Source: Squalus acanthias (lineage: Eukaryota). Taken from it: DNA of 64,000 nucleotides. Location of the stretch: assembly GCA_030390025.1 (NCBI GenBank), contig CM059432.1, positions 82,834,001 through 82,898,000 on the forward strand, read 5' to 3'. The first letter of the stretch is position 1. Each line of letters begins with the position of its first letter. Made by a program: the position numbers and the translations under genes. Positions 36,830-49,409 of the stretch are shown here, piece by piece. The notes below the pieces were generated by a model. The model was not told where the DNA came from and did no database searches. It saw only the letters and a list, made by a program, of their open reading frames with translations.

Positions 36830-37898
36830 GCACTCCGCCTCGCGCTCGAGTATCGCTGGGAGAGGGAGCGGAGGCAGCGAAGAGAAGATGCTCGCAGAAG
36901 GAGGAGGGGCAGGAGGGCTCTCAACAGGAGACCTTACCCACCTCGGGTCTTCCGAGAGCACTTCTTATCCCCACTTAAGCCAGGAGCAGTGTATTAGGAG
37001 GCTCCGCTTCACCAAGGTGGTGGTCACGGAACTCTGCCACCTCCTGCAACCAGACCTGCAGCCTCAGACCAGGATGACCACAACTCTCCCAGTGGCCTGC
37101 CAAGGTCACCGCGGCCCTCAATTTCTTCGCCACCGAATCCTTCCAGTCTGCAGCAGGTGACATAGCTAACATCTCCCAGTTCACCGTCCATCACTGCATC
37201 CAGGAGGTCACAGAGGCTCTCTACTCCAGGAGAAGGGAATCCATTGTCTTCTCCCTGAACAGAGAGAAGCAGGACAATGCGCATATGGCTTTGCCAGGAT
37301 AGCGGACTTCCCCATGGTGCAGGGTGCCATCGACTGCACCCACGTGGCTTTGTGGGCACCGCATACCAATCCTGAGATGTTCCGTAACCACAAAGGCTAC
37401 CACTCACTTAATGTGCAGTTGTTGTGAGACCACACCCAGCGTATCATGATGGTGAATGCCCGCAATCCTGGCAGCAATCATGATGCCATCATCCTGCGCC
37501 AGTCCGGTATGCCAGCAATCTTCCAGCCATCACCACGTCAAACCCGAGGGTGGCTGCTCGGAGACAAGAGCTATCTGCTCTGTATCTGGCTGATGACTCT
37601 TCTCAGCAACCCACCACTCGTGGCCAGCAGTCATATAATGACAGCCATGCTGCCACCAGGACCATCATCGTGCAGACCATTGGGGTGCCTTGACCGCTCG
37701 GGAGGAGCCCTCTAGTACTCGCCGGAGCGGGTGTCCCAATTCGTGGTGATCTGCTGCATGCTCCACAACTTGGCCATCATGAGGGCGCAGCCCTGGCCAC
37801 AAGGGACTGCGGGACTGGAGGAGGGAGGAGGGACGAGGGGGCAGGCAGCAAATCCCCGTTCCGGACAGGCTGTCCGTGAACGCCTCCGATTTCAGTGA
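36830..37898 (+). pseudogene. Harbinger DDE transposase (HARBI1-like), disrupted
   Basis: GFARIADFPMVQGAIDCTHVAL, FRNHKGYHSLNVQLL*DH, PGSNHDAIIL, GWLLGDKSY, CLDRSGGAL*YSPERV...CCMLHNLAI, with stops and frameshifts. Confidence 0.9.
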
Positions 37899-38059
37899 AT
37901 GAAACCCCAGATCCCCATTGGTCACCACTTCCCCATCATACCATCCCTGTCATGGAAAACACAGCGTCCTCCTGGGCACAAAGCTAAAATGAGACACACC
38001 ACAAAACACACATTCCAAACAAAAATCCTGAATGCAATCAAAATTACAATATCAACTAT

Positions 38060-39463
38060 TCACCCGTGTGCATTCCCTTAGTGTCTATCTTTCGTGTGCT
38101 TTTACCTACTCTAGTGCTCCCCCAGTGGTTGCAGCATGGCTGGTGGAAGGCTGCCGACTTTCAGTGGGGGAGACTGCAGATGCACAACTACCTCGACCCA
38201 GCTGCAGACTGTACCACCTCGGCATGGGCGGCAGCAGTCTGGACTGGCTGGCTGATAGGCAGTGGCAAAGGCGGAGTGGCAGTGGTGGGAGCAGCAATGC
38301 TGTCATCCTGAGAGTTTCTTGCTCCACAGACCCACTGCCACTCCCCCGGGGCAGCACCTCAGCATTCCTAGCAATCTGTTGGAGGATAGATTGCTGCGAC
38401 ACCCTGCAAGCCCATTTCAACACTCGTAAATCCAGCGATGATGGCAGCAAGCTGAGCCTTCAGGAGAGCAGTCTGCGCACCACTGCAGCACCGAAACATT
38501 GGGTCACTTCCGCTTGTACTGCAATGGAAGCCGTGACATCGCTCATCACACGCAGCATCATGTCTGGGTCCACAAGGTCTCTCCTGGAATTGTCCATCAT
38601 GTCCATCCTGGAAATCATGGGCTCCAAGCTCTGTGCCAAGCCCCGTCCAATGTTGGAGCCGGACTCCTCCATGCTCCTTGACACTGACAAGAGGCTCTCT
38701 GACAGGCTTGCCATTGCACCTAGCATTTCAGAGTGCATGACCATCACCTTTCTTCTGAAGGCCGCTCCATCGAGGTCATCATCTGAGTCCTGTGGAGCAG
38801 AACTCATGTGCAAACTCGCCCTCCGGGGAGCTGGCACCCGAGCTACCCTTTCCCCCGGTCTGGTCGCAGTCCACTTGTCACCAGTGCCTCACCATGTGCA
38901 GATCCCATCTCTATACTACCCTCTACATTCCGTGCAGTGCCGTTTTCTGTGCTGGTGTCTGAGTGTCAAGTGCAGTGCCGGTGTCTCCTCTTCTTTTTGT
39001 GCCTGCCTTAGCTGAACAGCTGCCAGTGTATGCAAGGTGTGAGATGTGGGTGTGAGTGTCGCAGCAGTGGCAACGTTGTGAAGTGAAGCCATGATTGTAA
39101 GGTATGAGTGGTGACAGCTAGAGATTGTTGGTAGGTGAGTGATGGGGGTGTGGTGCATTGAGCAGTGAGAGGATCTTGTGGTGCAGATGCTGGGATATGG
39201 CATTTGCTGAAGCCTTCACTCACCTTGACCTGCCGTGTGAGGACATTAAGCTTTTTTCAGCCCTGGATCCAGGTCCTTGGAACCACACTGGTGACCATGA
39301 CTGAGTCAGCTATCTTATCTCTCAGCCTTGTGAAAATGGCCTTGGATGGTTCCTTGTCACCCTGTGAGTACAGGACAGTCCGCCTTCGTTGCACGGCCAG
39401 GACCAAGGCCTCCAGTGCAGCATCTGAAAACCTTCTTGCTCGCTCCCTTGGTTGCTGAGCCAT
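38060..39463 (-). pseudogene. Harbinger Myb/SANT-like DNA-binding gene, disrupted
   Basis: MAQQPRERARRFSDAALEALVLAVQRRRTVLY...RTWIQG*KKLNVL, then donor aag|gtgagt and a downstream coiled-coil-like segment. Confidence 0.8.
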
Positions 39464-40777
39464 GGCTTGCTCTACAATAACAATGAGGTGCTTCTGCAAC
39501 AAAGCACCTCCCCTTTAAATAGTGCAGCGAGCCTGTGCCAAACATTATTGGCCATCAGACTGCACTTGATATTGGGCCACCCTGTTGAGCGCTAAGCCAA
39601 TCAGCAGCGCGTTCAGCGCTCCAATCATTATAATGAGCAGGCAGCACAAATTTTGCATGCTGCCTGCACCACTTTGAACAGGCGCAGGCAAACAGCGCTG
39701 GCCCGTGACACCGCCCGTTTTTGGGCCATATCCAATTTCTAGGCCATTATTTCTTATTGCAGTTGGCCAAGTTTTCCACAGTGCCATATATTATTGCTAA
39801 TGTGGGAATGGGTCAGAACTCAGTTTATCATCAAGTGAACAGAAATTCTAATTCTGCATCTTTCACACAAGCATTAAACAGACATTCTTCGCAGATCTGA
39901 ACTTAAAGCAGCTGAGGGGCATAAAGATTTAAAAAAAAAATTTGGGTAGTCAATCAACAATAACATTCCCAATCATGTCATTTCAAACCATCACAATTTT
40001 AATATTTCCAATTTTACCCCAGTATTTAAAAGCCTTCTCCAATGTAAAATAGAATGAAATCCTCTTCCTAATATACACAAACTTGGTTTAACAATATCTA
40101 TGTTTCTTCAGTGAATTATAATGTCCCATATATGCCATTGCTCAATAACCTACCATCTATTTTAATCAACACTTTACAGATTACTGCACATCTATGACCA
40201 TTTATACAATAATTTGAACCCTATAAAGGCAGTTTGTTCAGTAGCCAGTGCAGTCTTCATCATGTAACCATAATTTAAACAGTTTACAAATTCTTAATTC
40301 CACTTGCTTTGAGATTATAAATAATTTAAAAATGAAGTCAATTCAGATACTGATGGAACCCATGATATTATACTGTCCTCAGCTAAATGAATTGTTCAGT
40401 CAGTTAGGTGCAACAGAATGTTACATGACACTATATAGCTAACTTCACATTCCAAATACCAAACCAGATATGTAACACATCTTTTAAAAAAATGAAAAGT
40501 AGATTTCATGTAGGAATTTGCAACTCCTAAATCTTACTCATTTAAAATTGTTGAGTATTCATAAAATGTTAAAAATCATGTTTTTAAACCACTTTCGTCA
40601 GCTTTTAATTATTAATCACGTGTGTCAAACTGATCATTTAAACCAATGATTTATAATCACAGTATAAGTTATATTTAAATATTTTTTTCTAAATCCATAA
40701 CAATGGAAAATGACACCTAACAATGATTAATGCTTTTTAACATTCTGTGGGCCCAAACCCTGAACAGAAAGTACACT

Positions 40778-40880
40778 GCGCCCCTGATGACTCAGTGGAT
40801 ATATGCACCATGTGGTCAGAAGGTCCAAGGTTCAATCTGTTCTAAATTTGCTGACCCAGCCAGTATAGCAGTGAGGATGG
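40778..40880 (+). mobile_element. SINE family B head fragment
   Basis: cccctgatgactcagtgga...cagaaggtccaaggttcaatc (A and B boxes). Confidence 0.55.
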
Positions 40881-41667
40881 TACAGTTATCTTGGCGTTCC
40901 TGAGTGGAGAGAAGGAGGAAAGTGGGTGGTACCTGGGAGATTGTACATATGGGACTGAAATTTAGGAGCTCTGCTGTAATTATTTCAAAGACAGCGGCAG
41001 TCACTTAAAGTGAGCCAGGAGCAGTAGTTTGCAAGTAAGTCACTGAAGAGTTCAGCAGCATAAAAAAAATGTAGCATCAAAGCAGAAGAACTGCTGGTAG
41101 ATGAATGAGGTTCATGCCAGCAGGGCTGCCCTGTTTGGAACTCCAGGACACCCTCATCGGGGAGACCCGTGTGCAATTCCTGGTATAAAGTTGCTGCACG
41201 AGTTGGCACAGTGCCTGCAGAACCTGGATACAAAATAAGGAAGGTCAGACCTGGAGAGCTTCGAAGGTAAGGTGGGCCAAAAGTACCTTATACCAAGTAG
41301 CTGAGCCAAGTCAGCATGCCACTCTCTCCTCAATCTACCACACATGTACAAAGCCCTCAGATAACATAACAGTTCTTTCAATGTTTATTGCGCATGGCTA
41401 TACAAAAGCAGGGCAGTCCTTTAAAATTCAGCTCGTCATTCTCACCAGTGTCACATTCATGTCTTACAGCCAGTAACTACACGGTCATGACAGAATGCAG
41501 AATGCCCACTTGGTTATCACTGTATATGTTCTTCAAACTTACAGCACCTCAACATTATTCAGTTTGCAGGTCGAATTGGCTTACAACAGCTGGAAACAAA
41601 CTCACAATGGAGGAGGGCCCACTAATCTTATCCGGCTAGTATAGTTTCAAGAGGCCACGCTGGACAC

Positions 41668-42403
41668 TCCTCTTCTTCTTAGGCAGTCCCTCGGAACTGA
41701 GGATGACTTGATTCCACGTTAAAAATGAGTTCTCAGGTGACTGAGGAGTCCAATGCAGGACCTACAGTCTCTGTCACAGGTGGGGCAGACGGTGGGTGGG
41801 GTGCTTGGGTTGACGTGCGCTCCTTGCGCTGGGCTTCCGGCGAAGAGACTTGAGGTATTCGGCGCCTTCCCGGATGCTTCTCCTCCACTTTGTGCGGTCT
41901 TGGGCCAGGGATTCCTAGGTGTCGGTGGGGATGTTGCACCTTTTTAAGGAGGCTTTGAGGGTGGCCTTGAAGCATTTCCTCTGCCCACCTGGGGCTCTCT
42001 TGCCGTGTCGGAGCTCAGAGTAGAGCGCTTGTTTTGGGAGTCGCGTATCGGGCATGCGGACAATGTGACCCGTCCATCAGAGCTGATTGAGTGTGGTCAA
42101 AGCTTCGATGCTGGGGATGCTGGCCTGAGCAAGAACACTGATGTTGATGCGCCTATCCTGCCAATGGCAGACGTCGATGACGAAGTCCAACACCGCCTTC
42201 AGTGTGCGAGTGCAGCTTTTGGTCGCCTGAGGAAGAGAGTGTTTGAAGACCAGGACCTCAAACCCGGCACCAAGCTCATGGTCTACAGAGCAGCAGTGAT
42301 ACCTGCCCTGCTGTATGCCTCAGAGACATGGACCATGTACAGCAGGCACCTCAAAGCACTGGAGAGGTACCACCAACGCTGCCTCCGCAAGATCCTGCAA
42401 ATT
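41668..42403 (-). mobile_element. RTE-clade LINE, 5'-truncated with inverted 5' segment
   Basis: (AAG)n tail at the low-coordinate end. Inverted part encodes EVQHRLQCASAAFGRLRKRVF...LLYASETW...HQRCLRKIL. 12-bp TSD cacgctggacac. Confidence 0.92.
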
Positions 42404-43998
42404 CACGCTGGACACAATGAATCATCAGCCAACGTGCATTTTTATAACACCTTCAAAGTAAAAACTGTTCCAAGAATCTTCAAAGATAGACATTTATGAG
42501 ATGGACGCCAAATCAGGAAAGGAAAGATTGGAACGGTGGCCAAAAATTTGGTCGCGAGACAGGTTTGAGAGTTGTTGCTGTTGTTGATGGTCATGTTCTA
42601 AACTGCCACTAGCAGTGTCACTACTGTGGTCAAGGTTGTCTGCAGGTCTGTTTTCAGCAGATAGTACAGTTCTGCAACAGCCTCTCTGCTGACCCTGAGC
42701 CAACAAAGACAGCTCTCCTCTGACATTACTAGGTAGCTGTGCCGGTACCTGTCGAGATAGATACTTGGGCAATGGCAGGCACAGGCAGTATGTCTCTGAT
42801 GCAAATCTTTTTGGCATCCCTTCTTTGGTGGTCTTTGTCTCTTTTTCTCAAATCATGAGAGAGAGGAGCAGCGAATCCAATCAATTGTAGCTCAACCATT
42901 TGGCGCAATCCAGCTTTATGAAATGCTTTGCATTCAGCCTAGAATGTAACTGGACTTTTAACACTTAGTTGAATGAATGTACTGAGTGCACAGCTGATGC
43001 GCAGCATAAACTGCAAAATCTTGCATGTTGGCCCACTTGATCTTGATTGACAGTTTTTGAAGGTCAAGGGACTCTGGCATATTCTGTCCTATAGCAAGAA
43101 ACACTGCAGACAACCAAGTCTGCAATTTCGAATGGCGTGTCATCATAGTGGAGGATCCAACCACTTTAATTGCACTCAAAATTCTGAACAACACGTGCCT
43201 GCTTCACTCTGGCAGAATTGTTTCCACTAGCCTGAATTTTTACTCTCAAGGACAATATTGTCCAGCTCTGATAAATAACCCTCACTTTCCAGCCTTCGCA
43301 GGTTGACACTGATTGGCAAGGCTCATATTAAAAATTCCCACTTGGATGAGAATGGGGCGGGGGGCTGGCAATGGACTGATGACAAGACATTTATTACATA
43401 GGAGAAACCTGGAGTGGGTGGTGGGAGTGCAGGAAAGGAGAAAGGAAAAGGAAAGCAAACTAACTACGGGAAGCAAACAGCATAATGAATAAGACATTCT
43501 GGGTTAACTTGCACCAATGTAAGCAGTGATGTTTTAGGAGTCCACCAGAATTCGCATTTACCCTCCAAACACATTCTTCATTTGTTCAGTAATCTAAACA
43601 GTATTGGAAACATATAAACAACTAAAAATAAGGAGCTACAAACCCAGATTTCAAAATTCAAATAGTTGGTAGAGGGTGATGGCAGTGGCCAACTCTCTGC
43701 TTGTGGCTTCACCATAAATTTAATAAGGTTATCTTGTACTAATCAAAAAATACTGCTACTTGCCAGACAGCTCCTCAGTTTATCAATGGCACCCTGTGAC
43801 TAGGATTAGGTGACGTGTACGGGCTCCACCAAAAACCTTTACTCATACACTGAACATAAACTAATAAGGAACGCAGCAGCATGTCCACAGTGGAGAGTTT
43901 CCCTGTTATTAGTGTACACCCTACTGTGATTTCATGAACAAAAATTTACAATGAATCTTCTTGACCTCAGAATCCTTTGTGCATATGTGAACATTTAC

Positions 43999-44170
43999 CT
44001 GGTTAACAAGTTCAGGTATTCCTAAGGCCCGGTCAATTTCCTCCAGACCAAGTTCATCAATATTCTTTAGTGCTGAACGCAGCTGATCCAGAATTGTGCC
44101 TTCATCATTAGGAGTTTCCGTTGGAATAGTTGGACAAAGCAGATCATCTTGAGAACTGCTGTAGGATTGC
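43999..44170 (-). CDS. NCOA2: NCOA2 coding exon, CBP/p300-interaction domain (AD1)
   Basis: Manual translation [57 protein letters not shown]. Boundaries tagtag| and |gtaaat. 172 nt, phase 2 to 0. Confidence 0.96.
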
Positions 44171-45047
44171 CTACTAGTATAAAAAGCATAATATAAAGAA
44201 ACCTAAACAGGTTTTTAAATTGTAAGTGAAAAAAAACAGAAAAAATTACGGCACAGGTATGAACAGAATGATGTCTTTCAAAGAGGTTTTGAAATGAAAA
44301 GTTTTGTGAAAGAGCTTTAATTCCTAGTATACGATGCACATAAAATAGATCAACCACATCTGGATTTTTGTACATCACTGAAAAAGAGATGATTACTATT
44401 CCTCAAGAATTTCACCAAAATTTACATTATTGGAACAAATTAAATGAAAATGCCCAATTACTTTCCATTAATACAAAAGCAAAAAACTGCAGATGCTGGA
44501 AATCTGAAATAAAGAGTATTTCCAGCATTCTCTGTTTTTATTACTTTCCATTAATCATGCCTTCAGCAGCTTTTATCTGCTGGTGTGGAATATTTTTTCA
44601 AACTGTATTTTACTCACCTATCTTGCCATCTTATTTCATGTGTGCCTCGCCTTAAACCTTCATTTCTAAGTTCCATTTTTATGTTGGTTGTTACAACCTA
44701 TTAATTTAGGATAGCCCACCCACTATTATTCATTTAATAAGCAGACACCAACATGAAATCGGGAGAAAGGTAATACTTATACAAAAATCAAAAAGTTCAA
44801 TCAGTTGGGCCAGCATGTGTATGAGCTGAAACCAACAAGGGAGTTCCCTATATCTGCAATTTACTCCCAACAATCTATTAATCCATATGAAAGATATTCC
44901 CTTTGTGGAAATTATTGCCATCACACTACAGTGAATTGAATTGGAAGCGAGTAGACCATTAGAAATGAACTGTGGGAATATGATGTCACAGACAGAATTC
45001 TGCAATGGGTGTTTATCAGAGGACCAAACTTACAGAAAATGTAATGG

Positions 45048-45365
45048 ATACGGTAGCGTAGTGGTTGTGTTAATGGACTAGTATTCCAGACACCTGGACA
45101 AATAACCCAGAGAACATAAGTTCAAATCCCACCATGGCATTCTGAGAAACAAAAATCTGGAATAAAAAGCTGGTACCAGTAAATGTAAGTGACCATGAAG
45201 CTGTCGAATTGCTTTCGAAACCCAACTGGTTCTCTAATTTCCTTTAGGGAAGGTAGTCTGCTGTCCTTACTCAGTCTGGCTTCTGTGTGACCCCAAAGTT
45301 CACATCAATGTGGTTGACCCTTAACTGTCCTCTGAAGTGACCTAGCAAGCCACACAGCTGTAACG
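45048..45365 (+). mobile_element. tRNA-headed SINE / CR1-associated repeat
   Basis: ggtagcgtagtggtt A-box, agttcaaatccc B-box, and aaacccaactggttc...ctttagggaagg body. Confidence 0.65.
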
Positions 45366-45384
45366 GAAACGACTGCAAAGAAAC

Positions 45385-45890
45385 TCATCCACGACTTTGT
45401 TATCTCGATAACTAACATTGTCCTAGCCGGCTCTCTAGCTTCCACAAACTAAAACTCTGCTGCACTTATCCTATCGCCACACCAGGTTCAGTCACGCATC
45501 ATCCCTGCCTTCACTGACCTACATCGCCTCAAATTTTTATCCTTGTATTTGAATCCTTGCCTCACTCAACTCTATAACTTCCTCCACCCCCAAGAAAACG
45601 GCTTCTTGTGCACCCCTTCCATTTGCTGAACTACTGGTGGCCATGTCTTCAGCTGTCTAGGTTCCATGTTCTGGAATTTCCTCTCTAAACCCCTCTGCAT
45701 CTCCATCTCCTCCTTTAATCCCTCCTTAAAATCCACCACTTTTTCCAGCTCTTCGTCACCTCATCTTCCCTTGTTGGCTTTCTCCCATTTTCCCCTGTTG
45801 GCTTTCTCCCATTTTCCCCTATAACTTAGAAAAATATCACATGGTGCTTTTCTAAGTTAAAGGGGCTCCATATAAATAAAAGTTGCTATT
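45385..45890 (+). mobile_element. L2 LINE 3' fragment, degenerate
   Basis: ctcatccacgactttgttatctc..., ggccatgtcttcagctgtctagg..., tataaataaaagttgctattg tail. Confidence 0.7.
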
Positions 45891-46510
45891 GTCAATAATG
45901 TACTCCTTGTCGTGTAACCAATCCCATGCTCATTCCAAAAGGGATCCTCTTTGGACCATTTCTCTAGCTAAATTCTTACCCTCCAGTGCTATGATGATCT
46001 CTCTAATTAATATTGCTAACCCTCCTCACTTTCTTCATCCCCTACTCATCCAGCTGCACCATAATGTTCTATTTTAATCAATGACTCCAGTTCCCCAATT
46101 TATTTCTTATATTCTGTGCATCAATATACCGAGCTTTTAGTTTGGATACCCTTGGTTTTGCAATTTTTCCTTTTCTTTTGTCTTTCTTCTTTTTACTGTC
46201 ACATCCAGTTTAACGTCTCAACATTTTGGTCTCTATTACCTATACAACTTATTTTCTGTTTCACGCAACCAACTCTACTCTCTTACTTTTCCACTTTTCC
46301 TCTCCCCCGCTTAAGTTTTGTGCTCACAGTTTAGGATCTCATTTGAACTCTGATGAAACATTGAACTATTTACTACCCAATAAACTTTTCTCACTATATA
46401 TGAAAATGTGAGATAAAGTTGGATAAATTACTACATTTTTTACTTCATTGCAATTCAAATTACTCAAAAAAGGTTAAAATTCCTATTGTCTTAATAACTG
46501 TGCAACTTAC

Positions 46511-46640
46511 CGATTTTGATTGACAAAAGGTCCCTGATCTATAGGCATTATACTGTCAGGCCAAGGTGCTGTTTGGTTTGGTGGTGCTTGCTGCTGGCTG
46601 TATGGAGGACCTCCCATACCCATCTCAATTTCAGATGATC
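46511..46640 (-). CDS. NCOA2: NCOA2 coding exon (not in ORF track)
   Basis: Manual translation [44 protein letters not shown]. Boundaries aattag| and |gtaagt. 130 nt, phase 1 to 2. The preceding intron is only 162 nt. Confidence 0.95.
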
Positions 46641-46802
46641 CTAATTGATACAAAAAGTAGTAGCAAATATTATTTCCTTTCAAAATGGCATTTTATACTG
46701 ATGTAGCCTTTCAAAGAATAACTACACATTAATTAGCTCCTCAAAGGACATTTGTAACAAAGAAATTCCAATAGCACAAGAAATAAAAATGCTGCAACGT
46801 AC

Positions 46803-47024
46803 CCATCATTTGTGTCTGGAGCATCGGTCTCTGACCAGGCTGACTGTTCGGTCTCATCGGAATACCAGGTGTAGGACTGCATATCATACTGCCTTGCAAA
46901 GTTGCCCTGCTCATTGTGTTGGATCCCGTGCTACCTATGGTGTTGGCAGCAGAGCTGGATTGACCCCAATCTACAGAAGCCATGCTGGATCGAGGGGCAC
47001 CACTTCCCAAACTACTGACCATTC
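46803..47024 (-). CDS. NCOA2: NCOA2 coding exon
   Basis: GMVSSLGS...GIPMRPNSQPGQRPMLQTQMM, matching NCOA2 SIPMRPSSQPGQRQTLQSQ. Boundaries ttctag| and |gtacgt. 222 nt, phase 1 to 1. Confidence 0.92.
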
Positions 47025-48719
47025 CTAGAAAGGAACAATGAAGGTTGGAGAATGGTCCAGTATTTGGAATTCATTTTTCTTCCTCAAGCAGTACACATGG
47101 CTATACATAAACCAAAGAAATATTATGCTTCTTCTACAACATCCTTTTAAACCCATTTATTTTCAAATCTGCAGTTGCTGCCATACTGCAGAGATCTTCA
47201 AGACAAATGCAGTTCCTTGCTGTATGTATAACCGTAAAACATTAATCTTGATAAATTCTTCAAGTAGTTCCGAGTTTAGTCACTGTAATATTATGCTTGA
47301 AGATCACTGAACGTGTAAGCCATCTCTTCTGTACATTACCAATACTGTAAAAACTTGTTGATAGGAAGTGTCGCCTTATGTACTAGTGACAGGTGCTGAG
47401 AAGTGTGGATAACCCCTAACTTCCTTCCTGAGGAAGTGAATCACTTTTGCTACTGAATACGTCAATGCTTTACTTTCCAAATGAGCTGAAGACAAGCTAC
47501 CAAAATCTAACAGTAACACTTCATTTAAATTTAAAACATAGTTTAGCATAACTGAAAAAATGTGTTTTAAAGTTGCTGGCAAACAAGGCCACGAACAAAT
47601 ATTACAGTAATAAAGGGTTAAGCATACAACTTATGGCCGAGTTTTTAAATATTACACAGCACAGGGAAATTACACAAAAAAACTTTCCGATGTTTGTCTC
47701 AAACTGCGATTCATTCCGGGTATATCCTCATCTGGGGAAACCCTTCTCCTTCCATTGTGATCAATGAATCACGTAAATTATTCTCCTCCTTCTACTTAAA
47801 ACAGACCACTTCCAGTGAATTGATCAAAGATAAACTTATGAATGATCTACTTTAAAGCTGGTCATTTAAAAAAAAAATTATAATTTGCCTTTACGTTATC
47901 TTCAAGTGGTATAATGGTGATATAGTTAATGTTTACCTCCACTGACAACCTATAGTCCAGATAAACTTATGACATTTGATCAAGAGATTCCAGACTTAAT
48001 ACAAGGTAATAATGTAAGAAAGTTCAGTATTATGACGACATGCTACACTACACCCTACTAATTACAATTTCCCCCCCTAAAATTTATCAGATAAAATTAA
48101 TAAAAACAAACCAGGATTATAGGACATACAGCCAGAGCATGTTCGGATGCTAGTTCAGTTTTAAGGGCTTTTGGAGTAATACTGGAGCCTTGCAAATACC
48201 ACTTCATAGTTTGGGGTGGGTAGTGTAACTGTTCCAGAAGCTGTTTTTGGCTAGTGGGAGTTAAATAGTGGCTGGGGGAGGGGCTCATAGTACTCATTAA
48301 TCATAATTTTCCTTTTAAACTAATTTCAGTTAGCTGCTAGCTCTTACAGCTCTCACAATAAAAAAGCTAAACTTGCTTCTTTGTAGAGTCAGAAGAATAC
48401 CACCCTGTCAGAAATTACACCAAATACCATGATAATCCTACATTGCTTCTATGTTCTCCACACTCAGGCGCACACATATTGATTCCTAGCAGGTTTCAGA
48501 AAACTATGTTTTGCTTCAACATTTAATTGTATTCCGCCTTTACAGCTGAAAGGAGCCCTTAGAATTCTTTTTTTTTTTTAAAAAGCAAAAACTGCGGATC
48601 CTCAGAATTCTTTGTTGAGAGAGGAAAAGGGAGCATTAGTTACTCTTTCTGGCTTGGGTCAATGGGCAATGTGTAACAAATTTCTTTTGGTCTTTTTTGT
48701 AATAAAATTAACCGTCTGA

Positions 48720-49060
48720 AGCTCCGTGATGGCTCAGTGGCTTTACCTAGAAAGTAGCTAAGCCATATATACCTCAAAAGGTCTACAAGTTCAATCTTCA
48801 GGCTGTACTGAGCTAGCTGATAATAGATTAGGGACAATACGATAGGTCTCCGTTCCCCTAGACTAAGGAGTGGAAATAAAAGTCAGCCAGGGATCCCACT
48901 CATTGCTTTTATCCAACAACACCTGCTAGAAGCGAGTAAGTATGAATGCTGGGTGAAGACAGGATCTGGCTCAGCTGCAGTCCTCTGCATGGTTTATTAG
49001 GCCAAATACAAGGCAGTCAAGGGCCAAACAGCCATTTGGGGAAAGCAGCCGGTGCATCTG
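48720..49060 (+). mobile_element. tRNA-derived SINE (family B)
   Basis: gatggctcagtgg A-box, agttcaatc B-box, and tgggtgaagacaggatctggctcagctg. Confidence 0.7.
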
Positions 49061-49409
49061 TACCCTGCACAATGCCACTGGCAAGTATAAAAATACACAC
49101 ACACCGCTCCAGATTTTCTAGCATCAGGACATGCAAAGGTTGTAACATTTGCCTGGGAAGTGACATTCAAAGGAAGCCTCAAGACTCCACGGGCATAACC
49201 ACTTCAATTTGGTCTGCTTAACTAATGTCCATTAAAACACTGTCCTTGGGTATAAAGACACAAATGGCACAAAATTCTGACTACAATAATACTTGTGTAC
49301 TCAAAGCATCCAGATACAAATTGGTATCAGGAGAACCAAGCAGTGGAACAACATTTATAACATGAACTATGTAAACACTGCAATGGATAAATTTCCTTTA
49401 AATGCCAGA

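Larger units (their letters stand above)
36374..39745. mobile_element. PIF/Harbinger DNA transposon, near complete but frameshifted
   Basis: TIRs ggcgtagaaatt / aatttctaggcc and 3-bp TSD ATT on both sides. Two convergent genes. Confidence 0.93.

Noticed and set aside
38032..39015. 327-aa + strand ORF
   Set aside because: It is antisense to the Harbinger Myb/SANT gene in GC-rich sequence and has no recognisable domain.
42005..42499. 164-aa ORF with RT-like C-terminus as a novel gene
   Set aside because: It is a chimeric read-through across the inversion junction of the RTE insertion.
42560..43250. Possible old LINE or Penelope fragment
   Set aside because: No diagnostic motif identifiable by eye.
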